Source of the DNA: Callorhinchus milii
Taxonomy: Eukaryota
Length of the DNA stretch: 64,000 nucleotides
Assembly: GCF_018977255.1 (NCBI RefSeq)
Contig: NW_024704743.1
Coordinates: 76,696,001 to 76,760,000, forward strand
Reading direction: 5' to 3'
A program made the translations under genes and the position numbers. The notes beneath the pieces are model-generated. The model saw nothing but the letters and a program-made list of their open reading frames with translations. It ran no database searches and was not told the DNA's origin. Shown here piece after piece: positions 24,441 through 38,590 of this stretch (its first letter is position 1; each line of letters starts with the position of its first letter).

Positions 24441-25569
24441 GGACCTGATAGTGAAACTGGGGAGACCAGCCATGTACGCACTCCGACTCCTGAGATCTTG
24501 ACTGTGAATCCAGTGCACCTCAGAGGCAAGTCAGTGTGATATACAAGGGATTCCCTCAGAAAATAGTTTATTTCCCAATATGCTTTTTCCGGGAGTGAGA
24601 TTACAATAATGCTACCACTTTCATGAGAGACTTTGTTTTAAATCCCACTGTTGCCTTCTGCATATTAGAAGCATTACAGGTTTGAAATGTATTCAAGAGT
24701 TATCAGTCCAGGCAGGTAGACAGATGGATGTTATCCACAGATCCCTCATTTAGTAAAGTGCAAAGGAAGCCGAGTACTTAGATGATTAACCGTTTTGCTA
24801 TGATATATTTTCTCTGGGAGGCCATAACCTCTGAACAATGACTTGCACCAAATCTGCCTTCTGTGTAATCAGGGGACGCTCCTATTTGCGTGAGCTCTAG
24901 TGTTATACTTGAAGTGTGTTTTGAGCTGCCGACAGTTGAAAAGGGAAGTGCAGGATTATCAAAATATTATCAGTCCGTCAGCAGACAATTAAACTGCAAA
25001 CAACATTCACAACAACCAGGGTTTAGCGCCAGAATAACAATTACAATAAAGGCTATCTATTAATGCAGCAGGAGCAGTAAATACAGGTTGCTAATATACT
25101 GGGTGGGTTTGTTTTCTAAAAGTGTTTTTTTGGAGGGGGGTGTGGGGGGCGTGTGAGCAGTTGCACTAAAAGTGACTTTTTTTTAAACATTCATTCAATC
25201 CTGATAACCCAGGGGAATGGAATTCCATTGGCCAGTAGTTACTAACCTTCTCACCATGCGCTTATATTAGGGAAATCCCGTTAGAAGCAAACACTGCTTT
25301 GTCAAGTAGAGGAAATGCATGTCTCTGGTGTCAGCATAAACAGCCTCAATGTCAGGCTTAGTAAGCATGTAAGCAGAAGACTTTGTGCTTCCTGGTTTGT
25401 TCTATGTGGCACATTCAAAACAAAAACTGGTTGCTTCCAAAAAGTCATGGTTCCTGATCCAAAGCATCCTATGATCTGTCCCATATATTCTGGATATCCA
25501 GAAAAATAACATTTTAAGATTGTCTGTTGAAATCTTGCATATTCCACAGTATAGAGTTGTACTCGGGGC

Positions 25570-25790
25570 AGCCACTATACCCCGAGGCTCTGGAACTGCT
25601 TTCCTCACTCCCTTCGTCTCGCTTCCTCCCTTCCCATTTTCAGGTCTCTGCTAAAGACCTTTCTTTTCGACTGAGCCTTTGGTCACCTTCCTCCCACTTC
25701 CCCGGCTCGGTCCCGGGATCCGTTACTGTAAAGCGCTCTGAGACGCCGTCCGACGTGGAGGGCGCTGTATAAATCCAAGTTGTTGTTGTA
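25570..25790 (+). mobile_element. L2 LINE 3' fragment (young subfamily)
   Basis: Near-identical to 47605-47830. Confidence 0.95.
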
Positions 25791-26249
25791 CATTAATGGG
25801 TGCAATAGCATTTATTGCAGCTGTCACAAAGGCAAAATAGGGAGAGGCTCCATCTTAAACCCTATCTGCTGCATAATAACCCAAAATTACAGTATCTCTC
25901 TCTGGCTATTTGAAGTTGCATCAAAGGGAAAGCCATTGCATCCAACACAGACTACACAGCATTAAACCATCCCCTACATCAACAGAGAATTTTTTGTTTC
26001 ACATATCAGCCAACCTTGTGCCAATTATTACTGAATTGTTGGTGCTTTTATTATGTAGGCATACCCATGAGGAAGCAGGTTAAAACTGTGCTAATGGTTT
26101 CAAGTAGAATTCTTAACAGCTTGCTCAGAGGAAACTTTCATCCTATCATTTTGTTTTGCAAATTGTACTGTTTATCCTATCTTTAACCCATTCTGCCTGC
26201 TCTGCTAGTAATTCTAGAGTAACTCTTTAGTTTTATTCCTCCCATTTCT

Positions 26250-26398
26250 CTCTATCGGACGATATCCTTACTTAACAAGTAACTAACTATCTTACTTTTG
26301 AACACCACAATTATCTCTGTATCTATGGACTTAGGAGACAGTCATATCTGCATTCTTACAACCTTTTATGTGAAAAACTTTTTTCTGGTCTCCCTTTT
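26250..26398 (-). mobile_element. CR1 3' fragment, degenerate
   Basis: cattcttacaaccttttatgtgaaaaacttttttct is the reverse of the FFTQRVV..WN region. Confidence 0.5.
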
Positions 26399-27254
26399 CA
26401 GCAGCTTACTTTCAATTTGGAAGTTATATCGGCATTTGCTAACTAGAGTTCAACTGGCAGATGCACATTGTAGGATTTTGTTTTGCTGCAGTAGTGTGAA
26501 ATAATCTACTGGATGACAAGTTGATTCCTCAGTTGCCAGTAAAATTACTGATCTTATCTTGTTACGTTCAGTGGATTTACTCAGTAAGGAATTTGAGGTG
26601 TGCAAATGGCGATTCCTCGCAGTAAATGGAAATATGTTGCCCTGAAACCCAGAAACTCCTGGCAATGTTCTTCCAGAGCAGAGTTCTTGCACATTGATGT
26701 TTGCCTACAAAAAATACAATGATTACACTTCATAGTAAAATCTTGTGAAACGGGAGATATTTCAATAAAGTGTTAAGGCACTGTGTCAAAATGAAGGATT
26801 ATTATTATTTTAATCAGTTCATTAATTAGACCCCACTGATTCAAATGCATCAAAGGCCGAGCAGTAAGACGATCTTTCCTTTTCTACTGGAGGATCAGTG
26901 GGAAACCTAAAGACGGGAGAAAATAAATATGCAATAACTATGAGCACATTTTACAAATGATTATCTACATCTGGATGTGCCAGAAGCTGGCTGCTCCTCA
27001 CTCCCCCACCCCTTCTGGTCTCAATGCCGATGTCCTTAAAGTCGGAGAGTGCATTTGACTTCCAGCTTGTGATGCACCAGTTAGCAGGATACTGGCTTTA
27101 CTCTGAGCCTTTGTTTACTTAACAATGCTCCCTTAGCAATCAAATGTGGAGCCCAGCTTCACAGAGATCATTATTGAAAATGGTTTGGGGTAGGAGGTAT
27201 ACATTGCTAATTGCTAAATTATAAATTTATAAAACTTCAAAACCAGACATCAAT

Positions 27255-27618
27255 TGAGCTCATTTGGTAGGTTGGGACTTGAGCTCATAGGCTATCTAAG
27301 TGGAGTGCTGTATTTTCGAAGGTGCCTTCCTTAGGATGGAACGCTAAACCAAGATCTACCATTTTAGGTGAATGTTAAAGATTCTATGACATTATTCTAA
27401 AAGGAAGGGAGTTTCTCCCAGTGTCCTGGCCAACAAACCTACAGATAAAATTGGCCATTCACTTTGTGTTTGTGGGACATTTTTGTGTGCAGATTTACTG
27501 CCTTATTCACCTACAAAATACGTAGTCACTATACTTCTCAGAAAAACAATTGTGAGCCCATTTGAGATTTCCCAATGTAATGAAGTGCTATATCAAATGC
27601 AAGCATTATTGTTATTAT
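27255..27618 (+). mobile_element. DeuSINE (family B)
   Basis: gagtgctgtattttcgaaggtgccttcc...gggagtttctcccagtgtcctggccaac...tail. Confidence 0.8.
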
Positions 27619-28779
27619 TTCAGGTGGAATGATCAAACGTTTCCACATTTAGATCTCCTAGTGATGAAACAATGGAATGACAGAGTTTGTGCAGAGTTAC
27701 TGCATTTTCAGCAGGTTAAGCATCAAATTTTGAGTAAAAAAATTCTTGTAACATTTTCCAAGTCCTTTTTGGAAACCGTTTTTAATATTTATCCACGATT
27801 TATGGTTGGGTTTGATTTGAATATTAGTAACTCAGTAATATTAGAAAATGTGCAGAAAATAAGCTTTTAACTCTAGTGTTTTTGTTCTACTACAAAAAGC
27901 ATCAATGAAAGCACTTTGTTAATCTGCGGATTAGGCATTTCACTGTACAAGAGTGACACATACAACAGAATTAGTCAGTCCCCTTCAGTGAGGGCAATGG
28001 CATGAGCACAATCTGATCTTTAGCAAACTCAACAATTCCCCAAACAATGATTTCCTGTCATGATCTTTACTCTTTGTTTGTCAAATCCTATTTTCCTTCC
28101 GAGCTTCCTGTTGACGGCAGCATAATCATTTTTGTTCGACATGTGTCTTTAGGATCAGCAAAACTTGCTGGCCTTGCCTTTGGTGCTGAGGTTTGCCTTT
28201 GCCCATATGTATATGTGGATATGATGTGTTGTTAACCGGTCGTGAAATGTTATCTGTTGAAATCATATCAGCTCGTACAGAGGGCGCCTAATATTTTTTC
28301 CCCTTGCTGGAAGAACATCAAACACTTTGTGTATTTTAGAGAGGTCAACACACTGCAGACTGCTGAGGTTCAAATGGTGCCAGAAAACCAACACATCATT
28401 GCTGTTAAGTATGTCCCCTCCACTCAGCATCTGAAATGCACTGCTAACTGCGAGGAAGGTTAGCTCCCAGGATCACTGAATCATGTGAAGGGCTTTTGTT
28501 AATTTTTGTAGATAAATCAAAATTGCTTCTGGAGATGAAAAAGTGTCTGTGGATTCCTGAGTCAATTCTGATGTCTATGAACAATCTTTGCAGCATGAAG
28601 AAAATGAAGATTTTAGAGCATTTAGAAGCGTTTTCTCACCTGAATTAGCATATTAGCAAGCTGTTAAATCCAAGTGCGACTTTTTTCTGTTGGAAGACCT
28701 TTTCCGTCAAGGCTCCACTGATGGCATACATATTGGTTTTGAGGATCCTTGGGCAAGGAAGGTAATATTAGATAGGATC

Positions 28780-28866
28780 CTAGGTACTTAGGAACAGGAG
28801 TAAACAGGAGTAAGGAGGAACAGGCCAATCAGCGCCTTGAGCTTGTTCCACCATTCATGGCTGATG
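28780..28866 (-). mobile_element. CR1-type 3' terminus
   Basis: aggaacaggag..ggccaatcagcgccttgagcttgttccaccattcatggctgat, typical reverse CR1 3' end in chondrichthyans. Confidence 0.6.
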
Positions 28867-29415
28867 GCGAATGTAAATTGGAAATTTGAAATTAAAGTAG
28901 AATTGCTGATATGCAGAGCAGGTCCATCAGCATCTGAAAGACAGGTTGCCGATTCAACAACAACAACAAGATTACATTTTTATAGCGCCTTTCACGTCAG
29001 GAGGGCGTCCCAAGGCGCTGGACAGTTTAACTTGCTATCAGAGCAACAGGATAGGATTCTCAACCTATCAGGAAAACATATCAAACCCATGGTGACTTGA
29101 TCTTAAAAATGGAATCCTCCCAATGTAAGCTGGTATTCACTCACATACCGAGAGTTGTTGGATTTTAAAATGTGCAGAGAGTCCCCTCTCCCATGTTCTG
29201 ATGGAAAGATGTTTGCTATGACTTTCCCTTTATGCTGAACTTGCCCACACATTCTGCGGGCTGTATGTAGCATTCCTAGGCTGAAGGGAAACTTGAAAAT
29301 ACAAGATCACTGAGATTAGAGCTAGCTCTCCAACATTAGGGAAACACCACTTGTCCATCTTGTGTGAGTTAATGTGGCAGCACTTGACCGTGTTTTGTTG
29401 TGATCTGTTGCTTGG

Positions 29416-29440
29416 TGACCTGCAAGTGACCTTGACTTCA
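29416..29440 (-). promoter_or_regulatory. Perfect DR5 RARE overlapping an ERR/SF1-type extended half-site
   Basis: TGACCT-gcaag-TGACCT-TGACTT (minus strand AAGTCA AGGTCA n5 AGGTCA; contains TCAAGGTCA); lies in unique sequence. Confidence 0.6.
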
Positions 29441-31312
29441 AGCAGACCAGATTCCTCTCTTCTTGAAGCAGACTCGCTGGAGCAGACAGATAAAAATGCA
29501 GGACTTCCTTGGGGTGCTGAAGTCAGTTTGTGATAAGTACTGCGGGTATCAAAACAGCAAGAGTTCACCCTGTCTGAACCAAGGCCACACTATCATTTAA
29601 CAAGGGCCTTTCATACGCACCTCTACTGGATATAGTGCAGCCAGGACAAATCAGAGGAATTTGATATATTTTGATGCCCTTGTACGCAGGGATTCCACAG
29701 CCAATAATGCAAAAGCAAGCACACTTTACCCCTTTCTCTACTGTTGTCAATGATATATTTTGAAATCTCCTTTTATTAAAGGATATTTCAGCTTTCAATA
29801 ACATTTACAAAGGTTCTCTTTAATATTTACTTGTAAATTTCCTTGTAGCTTTGACAGTGTTACAAACATCATGGGGCTGCACATTCAACCAAGTACTCCT
29901 GTAGAATGTGAGTTACTGTCCAAATTCTCCTCTTGCCCCTCCCGCAGCAACACATTCATCTTTTGGATGGTCATCCTTGTTTCCCATTGTGTTGTAATTT
30001 AACACAGAAAACATTGAAAGAAATACAAAGCTGAATCTGTGTTACAGAAGTTTACCATATTACATTCTCACAGCAGGCAAGTCTTTATCCAAGTTTATAG
30101 TCTTTATAGGCAGCAGCGTCAACCCTCAGATGGAAAGCTCCACTCGCCGCCAAAACAACTTTGCTCACTCAAGGAGAACTGTGTAGAGAGGAGGTGTTCA
30201 CCACGGGGACCTTTACTGGTCCAAATAATAACTTAATGAGCCTCTAAATTCTTCCTCTTGTTTTGCATTTATTTTTACAAGACTATTACACTACTTGAGT
30301 TTTACTAGGTCGTGTTTACACACCATTAAATGGACAGGAATTCATTCCTTTCTTCAGGTAGAAGACTCTAGTTGGTCCATTTGCAATTAAACCTTGGTCC
30401 AGTTATAAGAAATCAGTGGACCGAGAAGAGGCGAAGGTCATTTGCCTATGGAACACTGGTTAAGAGGATTCACCACAGACTTATTTATTATAGTGATGGG
30501 GGGTCGGGCTGGAAATTGAAATAGTGTAACGTGGAAATGGACCTCTTTTAATTTCTAATTGAAATCTTCCTTCTCCCTTTGGTACAGGGCAGCTCCATGT
30601 AGGCTCTTTTCATGCATGAAACTGCATCTGTGCAAATTGGATGAATCGTCTTCAAAGTAAAGTCCATGTATGTTCACACTGCTTTTTTCCTTTCTGCTGA
30701 ATGTTTCAGTGTTTCCAGCCTGATGAGATAAAGGTCGCTCATTTCTGCCAGCTATAAGATCCTAAATGAATTGAGTTTGGTCAGACTCACTCCAGTCCTT
30801 ACTGAACATAGATCCACAGCACAAAACTGCCCCTAATTCGGCTGTGACTTGCCAACACATTAACAGTCTCATTGAAAGCAGCCAGAAAAATTACCAGTGT
30901 ATGAAATGGAATCAGTCACAAAGATGATCTACTGAAGTTGAAGTTAAGGAACGTTGTTGGAGTAGATCACAGAAAGCTTTGCTCTGAATCTGTCTGTTCA
31001 GGTGGAAGTTAAAGATTTCATGACGCTGTTCGAAAGACATCTAATTGTATAGCCAATTATAATATTTTTTCCATCTATTATTCAGTAGATTATTACAAAC
31101 ACAACATTCACCAAATCCTACTTATTTCCTTTGGTCATGCTTTCCTGACTTAGTTTGGGTTTACCGTATCTATAACATAAAATATTTATATGCTTCAAGG
31201 AGATTTTCCTTGATCACCATAGATTGATGCAGAATTTATGCCTTGGCCAACCTATGTCAAGACGCGTATAGCAGGGGCAAGATTAAAAATATTTTTTTAA
31301 TGTGTCGCAAGG

Positions 31313-31330
31313 CGCTCCATCTAGTGGGCC
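31313..31330 (-). promoter_or_regulatory. CTCF motif
   Basis: Minus strand GGCCCACTAGATGGAGCG, close to core CCACTAGRKGGCRC; local CpGs retained. Confidence 0.55.
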
Positions 31331-32174
31331 AGCTTCAAAATGACAAAATGCGCCACAATTGGAAAGAAAGAAATTACATTTTTATAACTCCTATTAATGA
31401 TTTAATAATAATATTGATGTATGCTTATCACGTCAAGAATGTCACAAAACATATCACAGTTTTCTGTAAGTTGTGACTTTGTAGTTGCAGACTAATGTGA
31501 TCAGCTGCTGTTTCAAAAACAAAGTGAATTACTGGGGGTTTGTTGCTATTATGCCATTGAGAGAAGAAGCCAAAGTTTGGTGCACAAACCAAAATGTTCT
31601 GTATTCCATGCAACAAAATAAGTTTACATCTAAATATAGTTACTATAGTTACACAACAGATGAATTGCATTTAAAGTAAATTTGTTTTCGATCAAAAGTC
31701 ATTAACTGCAGATTACCCATAACAGTCCACATTTGCTGTACATCTGGCTGTAAGTTCACTTTGATATTGGGTAAGGTGGTTTGTAGAAAATAGCATGTAA
31801 TTGTATTGTAGGTGATTCCGTTTGACCTAATGCCAAGGTTTAGTGCACAACAGGATTCAATATTAGGACACGATGGAGCATTCATTTGGGACAATTACTT
31901 TGTTTTTCACTGTATTGGTACAATTGTTGGCATCAAATAAAAGGCGTAAAATGTTATCTCAACATTTATTGCTGATGATATTTATTAGGGCTGACAAGAC
32001 CCACCCCATAAAGATCCTCAGGCATCACAACAACAAATTGCAGATTTTTTGAAAATGAAAAATAGTATATTTAGGTGAACTCACTCTACAGATGTATACC
32101 AGATACACAGCCTTAAATGAGAACTCAATCATTTAAAGTGCAAGGTTATCCAAACTGTTAAAATAATAATAACA

Positions 32175-32530
32175 AGTTTAAGATCCTCATCCTCACTTTT
32201 AAAGCCCTCATGGTCTTGCCCTTCCCTGCTTCTGTGACCTGCTAAAATCTTACCAACTACCTGCTCCCTCCACTCAGTGGGCACTGCACTGCTCCACATC
32301 ACCTGTCCTCTCTGCCTCACCACAGAGTCCCTTTGCCTCACGCCCTCCCTTTTGCCTTTCAGGCCCATTTCCTCGCCCCCTCCCTTGCCTCCTTTTAGGC
32401 CCATCTCAAGACCTTCCTCTTTGGCCATACTTTCGGTCATCCTCCCACCTCCAGCTCCCCTACCCTCCACTCCTCTTGACTCCAAGCCCCAGCTCTGGGG
32501 CAAGCCCTTGACCTTTCAGCGACTTGGGTA
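32175..32530 (+). mobile_element. L2 3' fragment
   Basis: Homologous to 56692-57096. Confidence 0.85.
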
Positions 32531-32714
32531 AGCAACACTCCAATCCACCATAATACCATAGAAATAATATTTAATCGAAAACTAAGAAATGCCCTGATCT
32601 TTCAAAAGCAAAATACCTTATATGCAATGACATGCGCAATTGTATAAGACAATCCCTTTTATTGCTTAAAAATTGTTATACTCAAATCAAACATTTATTT
32701 GCCTCTCCCTTTCA

Positions 32715-33510
32715 CAGGTCAAAACTTTACCTTTACTCCAAAGTCCTCCTGGAGGCTAAAAACAACCCAAAGACACTGTTTTCCCTGTCCATCACCTCCT
32801 CCCTGCACCCACTCTAGCTCTCTCGATCCTAAATCAAATGCCAAGTGAGAAGATGTCCTAGACTTCTTTGCCTCAAAGGTTGAAAACATCCGCTTGGCTG
32901 CATCCTCCTCCTCCCACCATGTCCCCTTCCACCCAGACCTCCTACCCAGTCACCTGTGGGGTACCCCAGGGCTCCATTCTTGGCCCTCTTCTTTTACTCA
33001 TCTATATGCTCCCTCTGGGCGATGTCATCTGCAGACACGGGGTAAACTTACACATCTATGTGGATGACACACAAATCTACTTTGTCTCCTCCAGCATCGA
33101 CTCCGCTTCCCCTGATGTTCTATCAGCTGGTCTGGCAGACATCAGGGCCTGGATGAGTGCAAACTTCCTGTAGCTGAATATGGACAAGATGGAAGCCATA
33201 CTCCTTGGTAAAGTCCTCACTCCTGCAGTTCTGAATTCCTCAACTTCCCTGGGCTGTCTCTCAGACTCACCAAAGCAGTGTGCAATCTAGGCATCCGATT
33301 TTATCCCCGTTGTCCTTCCTACCAAACATCCAGTCCCTGACCAGGACCGCTTTCTTGCACCTTTGCCGCATTACCCGCCTCCGACTGTACCTTACCCCAA
33401 ATGCAGCCGAAACCCTTGTGCATGCGTTGGTCCCTCCCATCTGAATTATTCAAACTTTATCAAGTCCTGCCTAAAAACCTTCCTTTTTGAACCATGCTTA
33501 TGGTCATTTG
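32715..33510 (+). mobile_element. L2 ORF2 fragment with multiple internal deletions
   Basis: [58 protein letters not shown]. Confidence 0.9.
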
Positions 33511-34249
33511 GAGAGACATCTCAAGCAAAAACTGTTGATTACCGGTGGACAGAGCTCTCTTTCATGGCCAGGACTGGCTGGAGTTTGTATGCTTTCTTTT
33601 GGGATGCATAATTGAAGCGTAATGATGGGTCATGTTAAATACACAAGACAGATGTTTATTTGGATCACCTTGTACTGCACGTATTAATATTTTTCAAATA
33701 CAGGATAATTTACTATGATTAGCTGTGCATTCTGAGATTATGCTGTCTTTGTTATTTAAATTCTGAGTGAGAAGGCAGCTTTTGACATCCTTGCACTTAC
33801 AGAAATATGTTAACCTTGACAGGAGAAACCTGAATCTTTGTGCTGTGTAAACCCCCTAGTTGTAAGGCTGCTGGATATTCTGCTTTTCCCCATCCCTTCA
33901 GATCTCTGACCCTCTTTGTTCCAACACACTCCGTCTCCATCACGTCAGTCTTTCATCACATTGCGCATAGCCGTGGGAATTGGAGTTCTCATAATTGCAT
34001 TAAAAGGTGGACGCACCACTCAATTACTTTTTAGTTACACTCCTGCCATCGTATCACCATGGACACCGAGCACCACAGAACTTCTTTATAGTGGCTTACT
34101 CTCCTGAGATTGTAAATATTTATTATGCAAAACAAAATTGCACATTAATGAGCATACCCACAAAATAAAATGAAAAAATGTCTTAAAAAAAAGTTCTAAC
34201 TTCTACCGTGTGTACTCTATTAGCATTCGATTAACATGCCTGCCCTCAA

Positions 34250-34445
34250 TTACTAACTGGTGATTCCTGCTGGAAAGTGCTGATGAATAGATTAGGTGAG
34301 GACAGCATCATACTTAGCTGTATTGGCCTCTGCAGTTGAATAGTCTGCCGACGCTCACTATTAAAGCTGACCCATGAAGAATGTCCGCTTGAGTGGGATA
34401 GCACCACTGTGTGTGGAATTGTACCTCAGTATGAGTCATTGTCGA
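34250..34445 (+). mobile_element. Old SINE family C, 3' half
   Basis: cctgctggaaagtg...ggtgaggacag...aatagtctgccgacgctcact...catgaagaatg...tggaattgtacc; matches 48210-48376. Confidence 0.65.
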
Positions 34446-34642
34446 AATGCGAAGAGAGAGGATTATTTTTCAAAATCCCTATATATCTGTTACAACATAT
34501 CTGGTGATAATGATTTCCTGATGGCTCAATGGGAAAATGCAGAGATAGTGTTCTTGATCACCACTGAAATCACTACCACCATAGCCCTAGCTCAAATAAC
34601 ACAGATCTGATGAGACCAACCTGTGATGGCTTCCTCTGATCA

Positions 34643-35024
34643 AATAATAATAATAATCCTTGCATTTGATATGGCGCCTTTTCAAGTCTTCAAGACAACT
34701 AAAAGCACTTCACAGAATATAAAAAGTAAAGTGTAAAGTGAATTGACTGTATAGTTTCTGGGCGAAATGCGGCAGCCAATTGCACACAGCAGTGTCCCAC
34801 AAACAGTCATGGATTGTGTGACCAATTTATTATTTATTTTTATTTTTCAAAGGAATTTTTACCCCAGGAAAAACGATCCAACCATCGACTAACAACTGGG
34901 TTGCTACTTACTGCCAGTTAAGCAGAGGCATGAGGAGTAAGGAAAGCTTTGCCCTGCCAAGAATCAAACCCAGGTCGCTCACTTGCAATGCGAGTGTTCT
35001 AACCACTGAGCTACAGGACTCCAC
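34643..35024 (-). mobile_element. Full-length SINE family A
   Basis: Reverse-complement match to 14339-14720 from head (gctacaggactccac) to (AAT)n. Confidence 0.95.
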
Positions 35025-36369
35025 AAATCTCCAAGAATAGTCACTTGTGCCATTTATTCAAAGACTGTTACCTCTCACAGGAGTCAAAATTGTATTATTT
35101 GTTATTTATCATGGGGGGACAATAACTTGGTTTTGAATAGCACCTTTCACATAAAAAACTATATGCGCTTTATAAAATATAACTGATTAGAAATGAAATG
35201 AACATTATGATGCAGGCAAATGTGGGATTTAATCTTCGTCAGCAATGAGATGAGTAGATAATTCATTTGAAATTTGAATTAGGAGGGGAATATAAACCAG
35301 CATAGCTGGAAGAAAAATTCCATATTACTTCAAAATAACATCAGCAGATGGTTCCTTTACTTCCACATGAATCACAAGGCAGACAAAACCTAAAATTAAT
35401 AACATAATCAAAGAATAAATTACAAAATTGGATACAATATTGAATGTTATATAGGCCATTGCAATAAATAATCTGCACCTGCAACATCCCACAAGTAAGA
35501 GAGCATTTTGGAATACTACAGCTTTAACACAATAGAACCAATATAGTTAATGTCCCCAGAAGAGGACGGGTAGTGAATGAAAGTCAGAGGGAGAATTGGA
35601 GGAAGAAAATAAATTGTGTGAAAAAACATCTAATTTAGATCTGAATGTTAAATCAAATAAATCTCCAATCTATGACAATTTCGATATTTTGAAGCTATGT
35701 GACAATTCTCCGCTAGTTGGTTAAGCTACTCCAGTCGAGTCTTTCAAAGTGCATTTTCGTTTTTAACAAATACATTTTAAATGTTGTTAATAATGTTACA
35801 GTTCTCCTGAAATCCATCTGGTCTGTGTCCATTTCATTCCCAGAATGTCACATAGCTAATCTATTTTATTCAGTGAATGAAAAATAAAGCTAGCAGTCCA
35901 AAACTAACTATAGGTTGCTGCTGGGCAGGATGTATTTTGTTCAAATCTAAATATAGGCTTGTGCTGGTAAAAGAGTTAAAGAGCATTGAGCTCTTTATGA
36001 TGTGTGAATGAACTGAGTTCCAAGTATAGCAAACTATCAAAAGAACATAATGCTTCTGAAAAGCAATTTTACGTTCTTTAGAGTTAAGGCCGTAATTGCA
36101 TGTTGCACCAATTGGTATTTTTTAATGGATTTTTCAGATTTGCAGTGTGAATTTTTTTTGTCTTGTAATTGAGGTTATAGATGCCAGTATTTGGGAGTGG
36201 ATCTTTTTACTGCATTTTACACCAATTGCTAGCTTCCAGTATTCACAAACCACATATGCCTCTCTCCCTAACAATGGGCCTTAACTCCAGCCTTAGAAAA
36301 AAAACTCTCACTACTCCAGTGTGAATTGTTCCACTTTTATGGCCATTTCACATACTGAGATGCTCAAGG

Positions 36370-36520
36370 AATCTTGTAACGAAGGTTATGGGACCACATA
36401 GTGGTGAATCCATTCAGCCCTTCACCCCGCAGAACATTCCACATTTTCACAACTATCTGTGTGAAGAAATGCTTCTTGTTTTTAGTTCTAACTGTCTTGG
36501 TTCTGATTTTAAGACCCCTT
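36370..36520 (-). mobile_element. CR1 3' fragment
   Basis: KHFFTQIVVKMWNVL. Confidence 0.75.
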
Positions 36521-36524
36521 GTAA

Positions 36525-36955
36525 TGGACAATTTACTTTTATGCAGCACCTTTCATGGTGGGAGGATGTCATGATGGGTAACCAGTCAACACAGTTGACT
36601 GGGTACCCAAGCTGGAGGGAGAGCTGTGGGGAGGGGAGGGGGGCGTGGGAGGGGTGACCAAATATGCAATTAATATAATAGGTTTTAAAGGCAGATTTTA
36701 AAGGTGGAGGAGGCACTGGGATGGTGTTCTAGAAAGCAAAGACTGGAAAGCTCGCCCATGATGGCAGGGAGGGTTGAATGCGGGATACAAAGCAGGTTTG
36801 TGTTAACTAAGTGGAGGGAGCAGCTGGGTGGTAGGGTCTTGGAGGTCACAGAGGTAAGATGAAGTGAGGTTGTGGAGGGATTTGAAGATAAGGATCTTAA
36901 ATATGATCTGCTCAGGAGCCAGTGGAGACGAGCAAGGATGGGGTGATAAGCTCAA
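36525..36955 (-). mobile_element. L2 3' fragment, degenerate
   Basis: Tail tttatgcagcacctttcatg; gagggatttgaagataaggatcttaaa; gagccagtggag (LHWL on minus strand). Confidence 0.8.
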
Positions 36956-37399
36956 GGCAACTCCTAACTGAAGTCGTTCTGATTCATTCTGCAGATTTCA
37001 GGCTCCAGCGCCTTGGGACGTCTTTCCGACGTGAAAGGCACTATGTAAATGTAATTTGTTGTTGATTCCAATGAGCGCTGTGCAGATTGTTCATTGTAAT
37101 GAATGTCCTGTGTCTTGCCTTAGAGGGCTCCATATTTAGTGGTAGTTTCACATATAGCAAGATTGACACATTTATCATTTCTACCCTAATGTAAATGCTC
37201 TAATTTAGTCTCTTGATTCAAATCCCCAGCACAGATGCAAACCCTTCACTGTCCAGTTCCTTGGGACATCCTCCTGACGCTATATAAAAGGAATTTGTAG
37301 TTATTGTCTATATTTTGTTTACTCAGCCACAGTGTAAAACACAACTCTGAATCTTATCATTGTGTAAATGATAAACAGCGAACGGTGATATTCCAGCGA

Positions 37400-37625
37400 C
37401 AATTTTCCTGGATTGTCAGCTAGGACACTGTGAGAAATACCTTTTCCTTTTTGAATTGCTGTGGGATCTTTCACATCCACCTAAACAACAAAGGGACATC
37501 AGATTAGTGTCTCATCCAAAGGATGGCACTTTTGCCAATGCAGTGCTCCTCCAGCACTGGGGAAGCTGAAAGTCCAATGTGGAGTTTGATTCCACAGCTT
37601 TCTGACTCAGCTGAGCCAGGCTGTC
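37400..37625 (-). mobile_element. DeuSINE (family B) 5' part
   Basis: gtctcatccaaaggatggcacttttgccaatgcagtgctcc; ccacagctttctgactcag. Confidence 0.75.
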
Positions 37626-38484
37626 ACACCTACTGTACTCCACAATTGTGCTGATTCCATCTTTTGGTTTCCAAAATAAAAATAAATTATTCCACTTTCA
37701 CAAGGTTTACTGTGAAGGTGGTTTTGAAAAAGCATTGTTACATTTAGTAAGCTATTCTCTTCAGAGCTGCTGTGAACATGGAGCTAGTCAATGTTTGTTG
37801 TCAGGTTTGTGGGTGAAGGGACAAGAAGCCTGATCACCATTTAGTCTTTTATTAATGAGATAGTAGGCAGTTTGGTGGACTGTTCTAGCGATAGACTGAA
37901 GTGAGCCAGTGTTTGTTAACCTTGAAAGAGGAGGAGGCAGCTGGAGCAGCACTTGGAACAGTGTCGTTAATGTGTTTGTTTGGGAGTTGGAAGATCAGGA
38001 AATGGGTGCTGATAAGATATTTACAGCAAGTGACGTCTTTGCACCACCACTCAATCATTCTGCCTTCAGCATTGGAGAGTCAGTGCCCTCAGAGTCAGTC
38101 TATCTAAATCAAATTGGTTAATGAATATGGAGTCAATGTGTGTGCAAATAGATTAAATCAGACTGGATAGTTTAAACTGGGCTGAGGAGAAGGAATCTAT
38201 AACTGCATAGAAACCTTCTCCAGAACCTTCTCACAATTCCTAGGTTATCAATTAGAACTATTCTGAATGATTGCATGCTGCCAGAGAGGAGACTTTAATT
38301 TAATTCTGATTTCAGTTTAAGATTCAGAATATTGATAATTTGAATTTGACCATAGAAGTCTGTGAATTTCAACCCTCCTAACTTAAGTTTTCATTTGAAT
38401 GGGATGTGAAACTGAGTTCCTGTCAATCTGTTCTGATATTAAAGGTCAGATGGCACTATTGTGAAGAGCAGGAAGTTAATGCAT

Positions 38485-38590
38485 GATAGGGAGCGAGCTG
38501 GGTAATGGGTTTGGAGCAGATCACTCCAGGGCACCAACATGGACACGTTGGGCTGAATGACCCTTTCCTTCTATGCTGTAACCTTTCAGT
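38485..38590 (+). mobile_element. CR1 3' terminus
   Basis: catggacacgttgggctgaatgaccctttccttctatgctgtaa; compare 55870-55930. Confidence 0.7.
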
